Of a DNA stretch of 64,000 nucleotides, positions 39,799 to 49,272 are shown piece by piece. The first letter of the stretch is position 1. Every line of letters starts with the position of its first letter. Origin of the DNA: Patescibacteria group bacterium (lineage in GTDB: Bacteria; Patescibacteriota; Dojkabacteria; JAKAPS01); assembly GCA_025450075.1 (NCBI GenBank), contig JANWIC010000009.1:38368-102367 (forward strand). The letters run 5' to 3'. The translations under genes and the position numbers were made by a program. The notes below the pieces were generated by a model that was not told the origin of the DNA, ran no database searches, and worked only from the letters and a program-made list of their open reading frames with translations.

Positions 39799-40398
39799 TT
39801 ATTTTCTTTTTGATTTGTAATAATAATAGAGAGCAATACCTAGCAAAATGATAATGATGAGGGCTGTAAAGTCCAATCCTACAAAACGCAGTACTTTATG
39901 AAGTAGAGGTAAGTTGTTTCCTAAGGCATACCCAAGAATTGCATAGACGGTTGACCAGAGAAAACATCCGAAGAAATTTGCAATAACAAATTGCATGTAT
40001 GGCATCTTATTCATTCCTGCTAGAAGGGGAGAGAAGATTCTAAGAAGTGCAGTGAATCTTCCAATAAAAACAGTTAATGATCCATAGCGTTTAAAATATT
40101 TCTGCGCTTTTTCAAGATGGTCTGTAGTTAATCCAACCCTATGCCCATGTTGTATTAAAAGAGCATATCCTTTCTTAAGCCCTATATAATAGCCGAGGTT
40201 ATCACCAAGAAATGAGCCTATTGTTGAGAATAGGATAATAAGCGGAAGCGAGAGGTTTCCAGATGCACCGGCATATACAGCTGCAGTAATTAAAAAGGTT
40301 TCACCGGGAAATGGAATCCCCATTCCCTCTAAAGCCTCGCCAATAATAAGGATGGGATAGCCAAAAATACTGATTAGATTAAGAATGAATGAGCCCAT
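39799..40398 (-). CDS. DedA-family membrane protein
   Basis: PFPGETFL, GDNLGYYIG, VFIGRF..LLR...AG. Confidence 0.92.
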   Translation of the reverse strand: MGSFILNLISIFGYPILIIGEALEGMGIPFPGETFLITAAVYAGASGNLSLPLIILFSTIGSFLGDNLGYYIGLKKGYALLIQHGHRVGLTTDHLEKAQKYFKRYGSLTVFIGRFTALLRIFSPLLAGMNKMPYMQFVIANFFGCFLWSTVYAILGYALGNNLPLLHKVLRFVGLDFTALIIIILLGIALYYYYKSKRK

Positions 40399-40441
40399 GT
40401 AATTAGTATAACAGATTAATCTTCATTCAGCTTCTTATACA

Positions 40442-40957
40442 TTACTTTTTCATGTTTCCAAACATTCCAAGATGGCTTTGATCAAATTGTTTAACGTGAT
40501 TATTATGGGAGTATAATCCCTTCATTTTCGTCAGCCACATATAACTTGTACCTTCTAAACTTATTTCCCATTCGTTTGGTTTTAAGAAAGTTTGTACAAG
40601 TACAAGGGTTTCATCTTTTTCGCATTCCAGCTCAATGATTACTCTTACATTATCAACATTAACTATGACAATTTCATTATTTCCATTTTTGAAAACTTGA
40701 CGAGTTTTTGGCATATGTTGTTCGTCAAGATAATCATGCTGATTAAGAAATGTAATAAGATCTTCTCCTGATTTAAATTCTATGTCGTTGGTTTTTATTT
40801 CAATCTTTGTGAATATTTCATTGATAACTTTATTATCTAAAGGAAATTTTGTTTCAATTTCTTCGATAAGTGTGAATCCATGCACCTTTATTCGGTTGAT
40901 AAATTCATCTAGAGAAAGTGAAGTTAACCTAATCTTAATTTCTTTTTCACGTGCCAT
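40442..40957 (-). CDS. CYTH-like protein, apparently internally shortened
   Basis: N-terminal EKEIK (ExExK), KTRQVF, IIELE, SY. Confidence 0.55.
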   Translation of the reverse strand: MAREKEIKIRLTSLSLDEFINRIKVHGFTLIEEIETKFPLDNKVINEIFTKIEIKTNDIEFKSGEDLITFLNQHDYLDEQHMPKTRQVFKNGNNEIVIVNVDNVRVIIELECEKDETLVLVQTFLKPNEWEISLEGTSYMWLTKMKGLYSHNNHVKQFDQSHLGMFGNMKK

Positions 40958-41017
40958 AAGGTCGAGATAATGTGCCCGAATTATAGCAGAATAAAAATCG
41001 GATAGGAAATAGTTTAG

Positions 41018-42160
41018 TTATTGTACAGTGATGTTTTGGGTATCCGGGATAACACTTATCCAGATCTTGCCACGATTAAATTGAATTTCATTTCCATTCG
41101 AATCATAAAAGCGAGTCCGATCGGTAATAGAAGTTTTTTTCCAAGTTGCTTGAATCTGTTTTCCATCTTCAAATACATATGCTTGTCCTTGTCCACTGAC
41201 TTCCTGAATAGAACGGTCTTTTTCATCATAAGTTTGTTTGTATGGAACTTTTTGGACAATGAGTGTTTTTGTATATACCTGTGTATTATCAAGAGCATCC
41301 ATAAATGGCTTCTGATAGTTATCTTCTCTGTTATATACATTATTTACAGGGTTGTATACCCAGAAAGTAGTTGAATAATCATTTGCGTATAGGAATGGTA
41401 TTTTTATGGTCGTAGCAGTACCTCGTGATTGTAGCTTTGCTTCATCTTTGAATATCCATTGTAAAGCTGGAGTAAGTCCACCCCAATTGCTTCCAGTCCA
41501 TTGGTGTTTTGTCTCTGCAACATTCCACAGGCGTTGAGAATCTGAATAGGCACAATTCCATACTGGACGAGTTGCCTGACATGGAGTGTCATAAGTTGCA
41601 GGAAAATCCCAGATAAGTGTTTTTACATGGTAATTTTGTAGGATCGCAAGAGCATTTGTTTCGGGATTATTTGTTTGAGCATATCCTGTATGCATGACAA
41701 TAATATCGTTATACTCTAATAGCCATTGTAAAAAGTATACTCGAATACTTCGTATTGGCATGATTTTGTAATCCTGTTGGTTTGACCAGAATATTCCCAT
41801 AAATCTTGTTATTGGCCCTTCAGTTAGAGCTTCATAAACGACATCTGCTTTGTTTAATCCTAACTGTGGTCGTGCAGAAGGGTCATTCGGAATCATTACG
41901 GCAATAGGTCGATGGAGGGAAAGGGATGTATATTGTTCTTTTGTCATTTGCGTCCCATTCAAAAAGTTATAAGCAACATCAGGAGAAGGTGTTGGAGTTA
42001 GTGTAGGAGTAATGGATTGCGCATTAAGGTGAGGGGATATATTTTGACTAGAGTGAAGAAGAAAAAATTTTGTTGCAATCCCTCCGCTTACAAGTCCAAC
42101 AAAAGCTACGGAACTAAGAATAATGATTCCTTTTTTCTCTTTAATAAATGTGGTAAGCAT
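41018..42160 (-). CDS. DUF3048 exported protein
   Basis: RPIAVMIPNDPSARPQLGLNKADVVYE...EGPITRF, PIRSIR, GKIWISV. Confidence 0.88.
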   Translation of the reverse strand: MLTTFIKEKKGIIILSSVAFVGLVSGGIATKFFLLHSSQNISPHLNAQSITPTLTPTPSPDVAYNFLNGTQMTKEQYTSLSLHRPIAVMIPNDPSARPQLGLNKADVVYEALTEGPITRFMGIFWSNQQDYKIMPIRSIRVYFLQWLLEYNDIIVMHTGYAQTNNPETNALAILQNYHVKTLIWDFPATYDTPCQATRPVWNCAYSDSQRLWNVAETKHQWTGSNWGGLTPALQWIFKDEAKLQSRGTATTIKIPFLYANDYSTTFWVYNPVNNVYNREDNYQKPFMDALDNTQVYTKTLIVQKVPYKQTYDEKDRSIQEVSGQGQAYVFEDGKQIQATWKKTSITDRTRFYDSNGNEIQFNRGKIWISVIPDTQNITVQ

Positions 42161-42259
42161 ATCTATACCAGTGTATCAAAGTTTACCTGCAGTGGCTAGA
42201 CAAGGTTGTTCCAATATCCGCAGTTTTTGAGTATAATACGAACGCCTTAAGATAAAATT

Positions 42260-43282
42260 ATGGATGGGCATATAATAAAAGAGCTGGAAAAGAAGTTGAA
42301 TGAAGTTCAGTCGTTACAAGAACTGGATGAGGTTAGACGTGCATACCTTGGAAGTAAAGGAAGTTTAAAGCTTCTTTCAAAGCAATTAGGAAACCTTCCA
42401 ATTGAAGAAAGGAAAGAACAAGGAAAGTTTCTTTTTTCATTACATGAACAAGTAGAATCATTATTGAATCAAAAGGAACAAGATCTTCAAGGGATAGAAG
42501 AAGAAAAGAAGTTAAGAGAAGATGCCGAATCTATTGGATTCACTCCTGTTAAAGTCGGCCATCTTCACCCGATTACCCAGGTTATTCGCAAAATGAATGG
42601 AATCTTTTACCAAATGGGATATAGTGTCATGGAAGGACCAGAACTTGAAACAGACGAATACAACTTCCAAAGATTAAATGTTCCATTAAACCATTCTGCA
42701 AGAGATATGCAGGATACGATATATATTGAAGAACCAAATTACCTTCTTCGCACCCAAACTTCTTCTATTGAATCTCATATCCTTCAGAATTTTGTTCCAC
42801 CTTTTAAGGCGGTTATTCCAGGGAGAGTCTATAGGAATGAAAAAGTGAACAAAAGTAATCATTTCATATTCCACCAATACCAAGGCGTTGTTGTTATGGA
42901 ACAAACAAGTTTAAAAGACTTATTTGGAACATTTACATATCTTTTCAGAGCATTGTATGGAGAAGATGTAAAGGTAAGATATAGAAGTAAATATTATCCT
43001 GAAGTTGAACCTGGAGCCGGATGCGATATGGAATGCTTCAATTGCAATGGAAAAGGATGTCCAGTATGTAAATATGTAGGCTGGATAGAAATGGGAGGAT
43101 CAGGTATGATCCACCCATCAGTTTTGCAGGCGGCTGATTTAGATACAAGCAAATGGATGGGGTTTGCCTTCGGGTTAGGACTTGACCGATGGGTGATGTC
43201 AAAGTACAAGATTACCGACATCCGATCACTTTTAGGAGGTAATCTTGCATATAAATATTACGAACATGAAAATACTATTTAG
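42260..43282 (+). CDS. pheS: Phenylalanine--tRNA ligase alpha subunit
   Basis: GHLHPI, HSARDMQDT, LLRTQTS, PGRVYR, GFAFGLGLDR. Confidence 0.96.
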   Translation: MDGHIIKELEKKLNEVQSLQELDEVRRAYLGSKGSLKLLSKQLGNLPIEERKEQGKFLFSLHEQVESLLNQKEQDLQGIEEEKKLREDAESIGFTPVKVGHLHPITQVIRKMNGIFYQMGYSVMEGPELETDEYNFQRLNVPLNHSARDMQDTIYIEEPNYLLRTQTSSIESHILQNFVPPFKAVIPGRVYRNEKVNKSNHFIFHQYQGVVVMEQTSLKDLFGTFTYLFRALYGEDVKVRYRSKYYPEVEPGAGCDMECFNCNGKGCPVCKYVGWIEMGGSGMIHPSVLQAADLDTSKWMGFAFGLGLDRWVMSKYKITDIRSLLGGNLAYKYYEHENTI

Positions 43283-45227
43283 CCAATTACAAGAATTAAT
43301 CCCGGATCTTACCGATACACCAAAAGAAGCAGGTGAAATTTTCACGATGATTGGTTATATGATGGACAGGTTTGAAGAGGTAATATTTAATGGTAAAAAA
43401 GATTACTTACTTGGTTTAGAAATTCGGCAAAACAGACCAGATTGTTTAAGTATTATTGGACTTGCTAAAGAACTCGCCGCATATCACGGGCTCCAGCTTC
43501 AGCTTCCTCAAACCTATCCGATTAACGAAGGAAAAAGTCCGGTTGATATTGCAATTAATGCAAAGGACTATGTGTGGAGAGTCATGGCATATGAAGTAAA
43601 AGGTGTTGACATAAAAGAATCACCAGTCTGGCTAAAAGAATTTCTTTCATTTTATGATATGAATAGTATTAACACATTAGTTGATATTTCTAACTTCGTC
43701 ATGTTGATGACCGGAGAACCCTCTCACATTTTTGATAAAGATAAAATTGAAGGGACACTAAGATGGGCATTGAATAAAAAGCATGAAAGCATAACGACCT
43801 TGGATGGATCTGTTATTCCTTTGAGCAAAAACATGCTTGTGATAGAAGATGATCATAATCCATTAGCATTAGCAGGAATGGTTGGAGGAGATAAAGCACG
43901 TATTACGGAAAGTACTACACATATCATTATCGAAATGGGAGTATATGACCGAGCACTAGTAACACAAAATTCACGAGAAGTTAGTATTACAACAGAGGCA
44001 AGTAGAAGGCTTGAAAAAGATCTGGATCCAAATAATATGGATTATGGAATGAAGATGCTTATGAACATGATACAAGAATATGGTGATGGAGAAGTTGTTT
44101 CTCAAGTATTTAACTTTTATGAAAATCCATATATCCCTCCGGTGATATCATTTGATTCATCACTTCCTTCCAGGTTTGCAGGAGTAAGTATTTCAGAAGA
44201 ACAATCAATTGAAATTTTGAAGAATTTAGGATGTGTTGTTGAAGGAAATTCACCATATATGGTAACTCCTCCTGTAAATAGATTGGACTTGCAAGTACCG
44301 GAAGATCTTGTTGAGGAAGTGACACGTATATATGGCTACTATAATATTCCATCAGACCAGGTACCTTCTCTCAAAGTTGTAAATGATATCACTCCTGTTA
44401 TAGCCAAATTGGATGAACAAATAAAGGATATTCTGGTATCAAACGGATTGGACGAAATACTTTCCTGGCCATTAACAGGGATAGAAGAAAATATTCAGGC
44501 AAATTATAAAAAATGGGAAGTTATAAAAACACAAAATTCAGTCAATGAAGAATTTCCGGATCTACGTCAAACACTTCTTGCAGGATTATTTCATCAATTT
44601 AAAGAATACAAAAAAAATAATTTAAACCATATCAGTATATTTGAGATTGGGAAAGTCTTTGGAAAACAAGATGGTGAGTACATGGAAAACGAATCGCTGG
44701 GTTTGCTAATTCATGATGATGGCCAGAAAGTTAGTTTAGATATGATACGAGGAATTATTGAAACCGTAATTCGATTATGCGGATTTAGTACTATCCAATA
44801 CAGAAAAAGTAAACATGTCCCGCTTCTTGCTAATCCATATTCAATCTGGGATATATTTGTAGACGATGTATTTGTTGGAATAATAGGCAAAAGTCGTCAA
44901 ATAGAATGGAAAGGGAATACATATTTTGCTGAAATTGACTTGTCTATTCTGGCATCTCGAATTGGATCTTTAACAACTAATCCGATAGTTGAAGTAACAA
45001 CAAAGATCATCACGCTAGATGCAAATCTAGAAAAAAAGCAGGGAGAAGAAATCGATAAAATTATTGGCCATGTGCGATCTTTACTTCCACTTGAAAATAT
45101 TTGGAATGTTGAAGTGATAGACATCTATCCATTAAAAGATACAACAAGATATACTATTCGTGTATCTTACAACAACATGTCTGATCAGGAAGCAAAAAAG
45201 CTTCATGTATCAATATTCGGAGAATAG
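43266..45227 (+). CDS. pheT: Phenylalanine--tRNA ligase beta subunit (short form)
   Basis: NRPDCLSIIGLAKE, SINTLVDISNFVML, RLDLQVPEDLVEEVTRIYGY. Confidence 0.92.
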   Translation: MKILFSQLQELIPDLTDTPKEAGEIFTMIGYMMDRFEEVIFNGKKDYLLGLEIRQNRPDCLSIIGLAKELAAYHGLQLQLPQTYPINEGKSPVDIAINAKDYVWRVMAYEVKGVDIKESPVWLKEFLSFYDMNSINTLVDISNFVMLMTGEPSHIFDKDKIEGTLRWALNKKHESITTLDGSVIPLSKNMLVIEDDHNPLALAGMVGGDKARITESTTHIIIEMGVYDRALVTQNSREVSITTEASRRLEKDLDPNNMDYGMKMLMNMIQEYGDGEVVSQVFNFYENPYIPPVISFDSSLPSRFAGVSISEEQSIEILKNLGCVVEGNSPYMVTPPVNRLDLQVPEDLVEEVTRIYGYYNIPSDQVPSLKVVNDITPVIAKLDEQIKDILVSNGLDEILSWPLTGIEENIQANYKKWEVIKTQNSVNEEFPDLRQTLLAGLFHQFKEYKKNNLNHISIFEIGKVFGKQDGEYMENESLGLLIHDDGQKVSLDMIRGIIETVIRLCGFSTIQYRKSKHVPLLANPYSIWDIFVDDVFVGIIGKSRQIEWKGNTYFAEIDLSILASRIGSLTTNPIVEVTTKIITLDANLEKKQGEEIDKIIGHVRSLLPLENIWNVEVIDIYPLKDTTRYTIRVSYNNMSDQEAKKLHVSIFGE

Positions 45228-45319
45228 TACGAAAAATACACTATTCGTATTTGGTGTATAAGATCTCTTTCTGTTATCATTAAGTAAGGCATTCTAAGAA
45301 TGCAATAACACAACTGCCT

Positions 45320-47242
45320 ATGTTAAATTTACTTCCTTTTGTAAAATCCTCAGGGATATACTGTTCCTTGACAGCATTACGATATGAAGAAGATTTTGGT
45401 ATCGGGGATATCCGGGGCGGATATAAATTTATTGATTTTCTGGCAAAAGCAGGATTCGGAGTATGGAAAATGCAACCTCTTCAACAAATGGATGGAGCTA
45501 AAGAATCAATTCCATATTATCCGCTTAGTTCATTTGCAATTGATGAAATTTATGCTGATATTTTAAGCTTGGAAGATATCGATTATGCTTCACGTCAGGC
45601 ATTCTTAGATAATCATAGAAGCATTTTACATGGTAATAAGTCTGTACAATATTCCCAGATTAGGCAATTAAAACAAAAAATTCTCCAGGAAGCATTCATG
45701 CTTTTTTATGAGAACCAATATCATAAAGATTCGGAGCGAAAACTTACTTTTGATAATTTCATTGCAAGAAATACAGCTTGGCTTCCTGATTTTGCGCTCT
45801 TTATGTCCATATTTAGCGCATATAACAGTCAAGTAAAAGAATGGCCTGAAGAATTATTACAAAAAGATGCGAATGCAATTAAGGTATATAAGGCAAAATT
45901 TGAGAAAGATATCCTGATGTATATGTATATCCAGTGGATATTACAAGAACAGTTTGTTGCACTGACTCAATATGCCCACAATAAAAACGTTTATCTTATA
46001 ACAGAAATTCCTTTCTATCCGAGTATATTCAGTGCTGATGTTTGGGCACATCCAAATCTATTTGAAGTTGATGTGAACCTTAATCCTCTTGCATATCCAG
46101 GATCTGCACCAGATTTATCCCATCCGTACGGTCAACAATGGAATTACGCATTATATAACTGGGAGAAAATGAAATCTAATGGGTATAGCTGGTGGATAAA
46201 TAGGTTAGCAAAGTTATCATCATATACGGATGGAACAATCATAGACAACTTTGACTGCTTTTTGCAATATTGGAAAATTACAGGAAACCAAGGAAGGGGT
46301 TTTACTGGCCCTGGGGTAGAGCTTCTCAATATGATTGCAAAACAATACAAAGATGAAAAGCTATTTATGCTTTATGCCGATAATTCTTATTTATCAGGAG
46401 GTGTAGGAGAAACTTTACGAAAACAAGTAGGCTTTGAAGCCTATTTCCCATATATTCAAAAATATAAAGATATTTTAAAACATACAATTGATTATCAAGC
46501 TGCTGCACAAATAAGCGTTGCTGATACACCAACTTTAAAAGGGTGGTGGAAGATGCTTCCAGAAGTTGATAAGAAATATGTTTTAGAAGAACTGAATGTA
46601 CCAGTTATGGAAAGTGACCTTCAGGAATTGAAAGATACTGTTAGATGGAGAATCTTGGAAGATATCCTTTATCAACCATTCACTCTCGTGCTTCTACCGA
46701 TTCAAGAGATTCTCGGGCTTGATGTAACTATTCAGGGAAAGTTAACTGAAGATTGGGTATATAGAATGGATATATCCGTCGAAGAACTACTAAAAGATGA
46801 TGATCTTATAAGTAAATTTGATATTTATGCAAGTAAGTTTTCAACAAATAGATATTTTAAAGAATACCGTCTTCGGGCAATTCCTGAAATCTATGATGAA
46901 GTACAAAGGCATTATACCGTTGGTGAGACGATTACGCTTTGGGCTTTAGTTGAAAAGGAACATGAAATAAGTGGGATAACGAATTTGCCTGTGGTGGGAA
47001 ATATGAGCGAGGAAATTAAAGAACTACCTTTCATGAAAGTTGCGGCAGATACCAGAGGGACACTTTTTCGTCTTGAGATTATTGCTCAAAAACCGGGAGA
47101 ATATGTTATTTCGGTTCATGCAGGGAATAATTCTATTAGGAGTCTAGAAAAAAAACTTGAAGTTATTATTGAAGATGATAAGAAAAACTACAAACCATTC
47201 TTTAGTTCCGTGTTTAAACCATTTCCAAAGATAAGTGATTAA
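45320..47242 (+). CDS. malQ: GH77 4-alpha-glucanotransferase-like protein with degenerate motifs
   Basis: FGIGD, PY.PLSSFA, WLPDFALF, SADVWAHP, GSAPD...GQQWN..LYNW, WVYRM. Confidence 0.8.
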   Translation: MLNLLPFVKSSGIYCSLTALRYEEDFGIGDIRGGYKFIDFLAKAGFGVWKMQPLQQMDGAKESIPYYPLSSFAIDEIYADILSLEDIDYASRQAFLDNHRSILHGNKSVQYSQIRQLKQKILQEAFMLFYENQYHKDSERKLTFDNFIARNTAWLPDFALFMSIFSAYNSQVKEWPEELLQKDANAIKVYKAKFEKDILMYMYIQWILQEQFVALTQYAHNKNVYLITEIPFYPSIFSADVWAHPNLFEVDVNLNPLAYPGSAPDLSHPYGQQWNYALYNWEKMKSNGYSWWINRLAKLSSYTDGTIIDNFDCFLQYWKITGNQGRGFTGPGVELLNMIAKQYKDEKLFMLYADNSYLSGGVGETLRKQVGFEAYFPYIQKYKDILKHTIDYQAAAQISVADTPTLKGWWKMLPEVDKKYVLEELNVPVMESDLQELKDTVRWRILEDILYQPFTLVLLPIQEILGLDVTIQGKLTEDWVYRMDISVEELLKDDDLISKFDIYASKFSTNRYFKEYRLRAIPEIYDEVQRHYTVGETITLWALVEKEHEISGITNLPVVGNMSEEIKELPFMKVAADTRGTLFRLEIIAQKPGEYVISVHAGNNSIRSLEKKLEVIIEDDKKNYKPFFSSVFKPFPKISD

Positions 47243-47243
47243 T

Positions 47244-49271
47244 ATGGCAAATCCTTTGATAAGTATCAAAAATATAACAAAGACGTATAAAGAGAAAAAA
47301 AATCGTATTCAAGCTTTGGATCATTTAACTCTCGATATATACAAAGGAGAGTTCCTTGTTATTATGGGGCCATCGGGAAGTGGAAAATCTACTCTACTAG
47401 ATATTCTTGCATGTATTGATACACCAGATGAAGGAAGTGTCTGGTATAGGGATTTGGAACTTACTAAGGCTTCTTCAAAAATTATTGCTTTATACCGACA
47501 AAGAATTATTGGAATTGTATTCCAAAGAAACTTTAACCTTATTCGAAATTTATCAGTCAACACAAATTTGCTTTTGCCTCGATTATTAAATAAGGTTCAT
47601 GAAAGACAAGCAGATTTTGATTCACTTAACTTATTACTTGATTTGAATCTGAAAGAAATTGAAAAGCGGCCAGCAGAAACACTTTCATTGGGTGAGCAAC
47701 AAAGGGTAGCAATTGCCCGAGTTCTTATGAATAACCCGGAAATTATTATTGCTGATGAACCAACTGGAAATTTGGATAGTGCAAATGGAGCAAGGCTAAT
47801 GGAAATATTAAAAAAGCTCAATGAAGAGAATGGTAAAACTATTATTATCGTTACCCACAATCCTGAATTTGCCACACTTGCAAGCAGGGTAATATATCTC
47901 AAAGACGGAAAAATTGAAAGAACTGAAGTTAGAATAGATAAATCTACAAATGAAGATGATACAAGTGAAAATATTTTAAAAACTGAGAAAGCAAAACCTT
48001 TTAGATTGTCTACAGCCATATGGTTAGCTTCTCAGTTATTCATGAAAAACAAATACCGCTTTATTATAACTCTTTCAAGTATTATCCTTGCATTAGCAAT
48101 TCTAGTTGTACAGATAGATTTAGTTAATCTGTCACCTGAAACTATTTCAGCAAGTAAAGATGCAACTGGATACAATAATGAGATAATTGGTTCTCAACAA
48201 ATTGTTATTGCGGCACAAGGAAAGGAATACTTTGATAATCCTTGGCTTCTAAACCCATACCTACCGATCTCTCCAGGAAGACTTGTAACAAAGGGAGGAA
48301 TAGCAAACATTAGTTCGATACCGCATGTAAAGGATGCCTATCCGGTTATTCCACTTGAAGTGAAAACACCAAATATCTCTTTTTTTGCAGAAACCGGATC
48401 ACCGGTAGCCACTTCCAATCTCCCATCAACATATTTTGTATCTGGTGCGTATTTTAAAACAGACACGCAACATGCAATCATCCTTAATGAGGAGATAGCT
48501 CGTGTTATAGCAGGGGGAAGTGATGTCACTTCCCTTATTGGAACGACAATTCCTATCCAAGTGAGTATTCGTGAGATTCCATTATCGCAAAATGTCTCCA
48601 TTCATGAGAATGCAACAATAGTTGGAATTCAAAATTATGCTGAGCCTTGGATTGTTGCCCAGGTTCCTTATGCCTTTGGAGATTTAATTCAAAACAATAT
48701 TCTGAAAGGATACCCCATAACAAAAATTGATGTTGATGGCGCATCTCATCTTTCCCAGGTTAAAGATGCTTTGGGTAATATGGGATATGCTGCATTTAGC
48801 CAAACAGACGAATTGCATATTCTTGATATTATCATTAATCTTATTGCTATTGTGTTATTAAGCATCATTCTCTTAAACTTTATTGCCATTTGCATCAATA
48901 TCCTAAATGCAATTGTTATTCTTGTGGTGAAAAAATCTCGTATGCTTATGGCGCTATTATCTATTGGGGTCAGGAAAAATGACATAAAAAAATACATTCT
49001 CCTTCAAGGAATAATTATTGGAACCATTGCAGGCATAGGAGGATGGGTACTGGGATATGTATTTTCTGATATTCTTGCAAATGATATTACGGTTACAATA
49101 CTTGGCGGATCTAAAACCGGTGCAGGAAATCCTTTATTATTTGTTTCAAGCCCCGGTGAAATGGTTATTTTAATTTTAATATCGATTGTTTTGGCAATAC
49201 TAGAAGTTACATATTATATGTATAAGATTCCGTCGAAGAAATCTGTGTTGAAAATATTACGAAGAGAATAA
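47244..49271 (+). CDS. MacB-like fused ABC ATPase-permease
   Basis: GPSGSGKST, LSLGEQQRVAIAR, ADEPTGNLD, VTHN; FtsX-like C-terminal TMs. Confidence 0.88.
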   Translation: MANPLISIKNITKTYKEKKNRIQALDHLTLDIYKGEFLVIMGPSGSGKSTLLDILACIDTPDEGSVWYRDLELTKASSKIIALYRQRIIGIVFQRNFNLIRNLSVNTNLLLPRLLNKVHERQADFDSLNLLLDLNLKEIEKRPAETLSLGEQQRVAIARVLMNNPEIIIADEPTGNLDSANGARLMEILKKLNEENGKTIIIVTHNPEFATLASRVIYLKDGKIERTEVRIDKSTNEDDTSENILKTEKAKPFRLSTAIWLASQLFMKNKYRFIITLSSIILALAILVVQIDLVNLSPETISASKDATGYNNEIIGSQQIVIAAQGKEYFDNPWLLNPYLPISPGRLVTKGGIANISSIPHVKDAYPVIPLEVKTPNISFFAETGSPVATSNLPSTYFVSGAYFKTDTQHAIILNEEIARVIAGGSDVTSLIGTTIPIQVSIREIPLSQNVSIHENATIVGIQNYAEPWIVAQVPYAFGDLIQNNILKGYPITKIDVDGASHLSQVKDALGNMGYAAFSQTDELHILDIIINLIAIVLLSIILLNFIAICINILNAIVILVVKKSRMLMALLSIGVRKNDIKKYILLQGIIIGTIAGIGGWVLGYVFSDILANDITVTILGGSKTGAGNPLLFVSSPGEMVILILISIVLAILEVTYYMYKIPSKKSVLKILRRE

Positions 49272-49272
49272 T

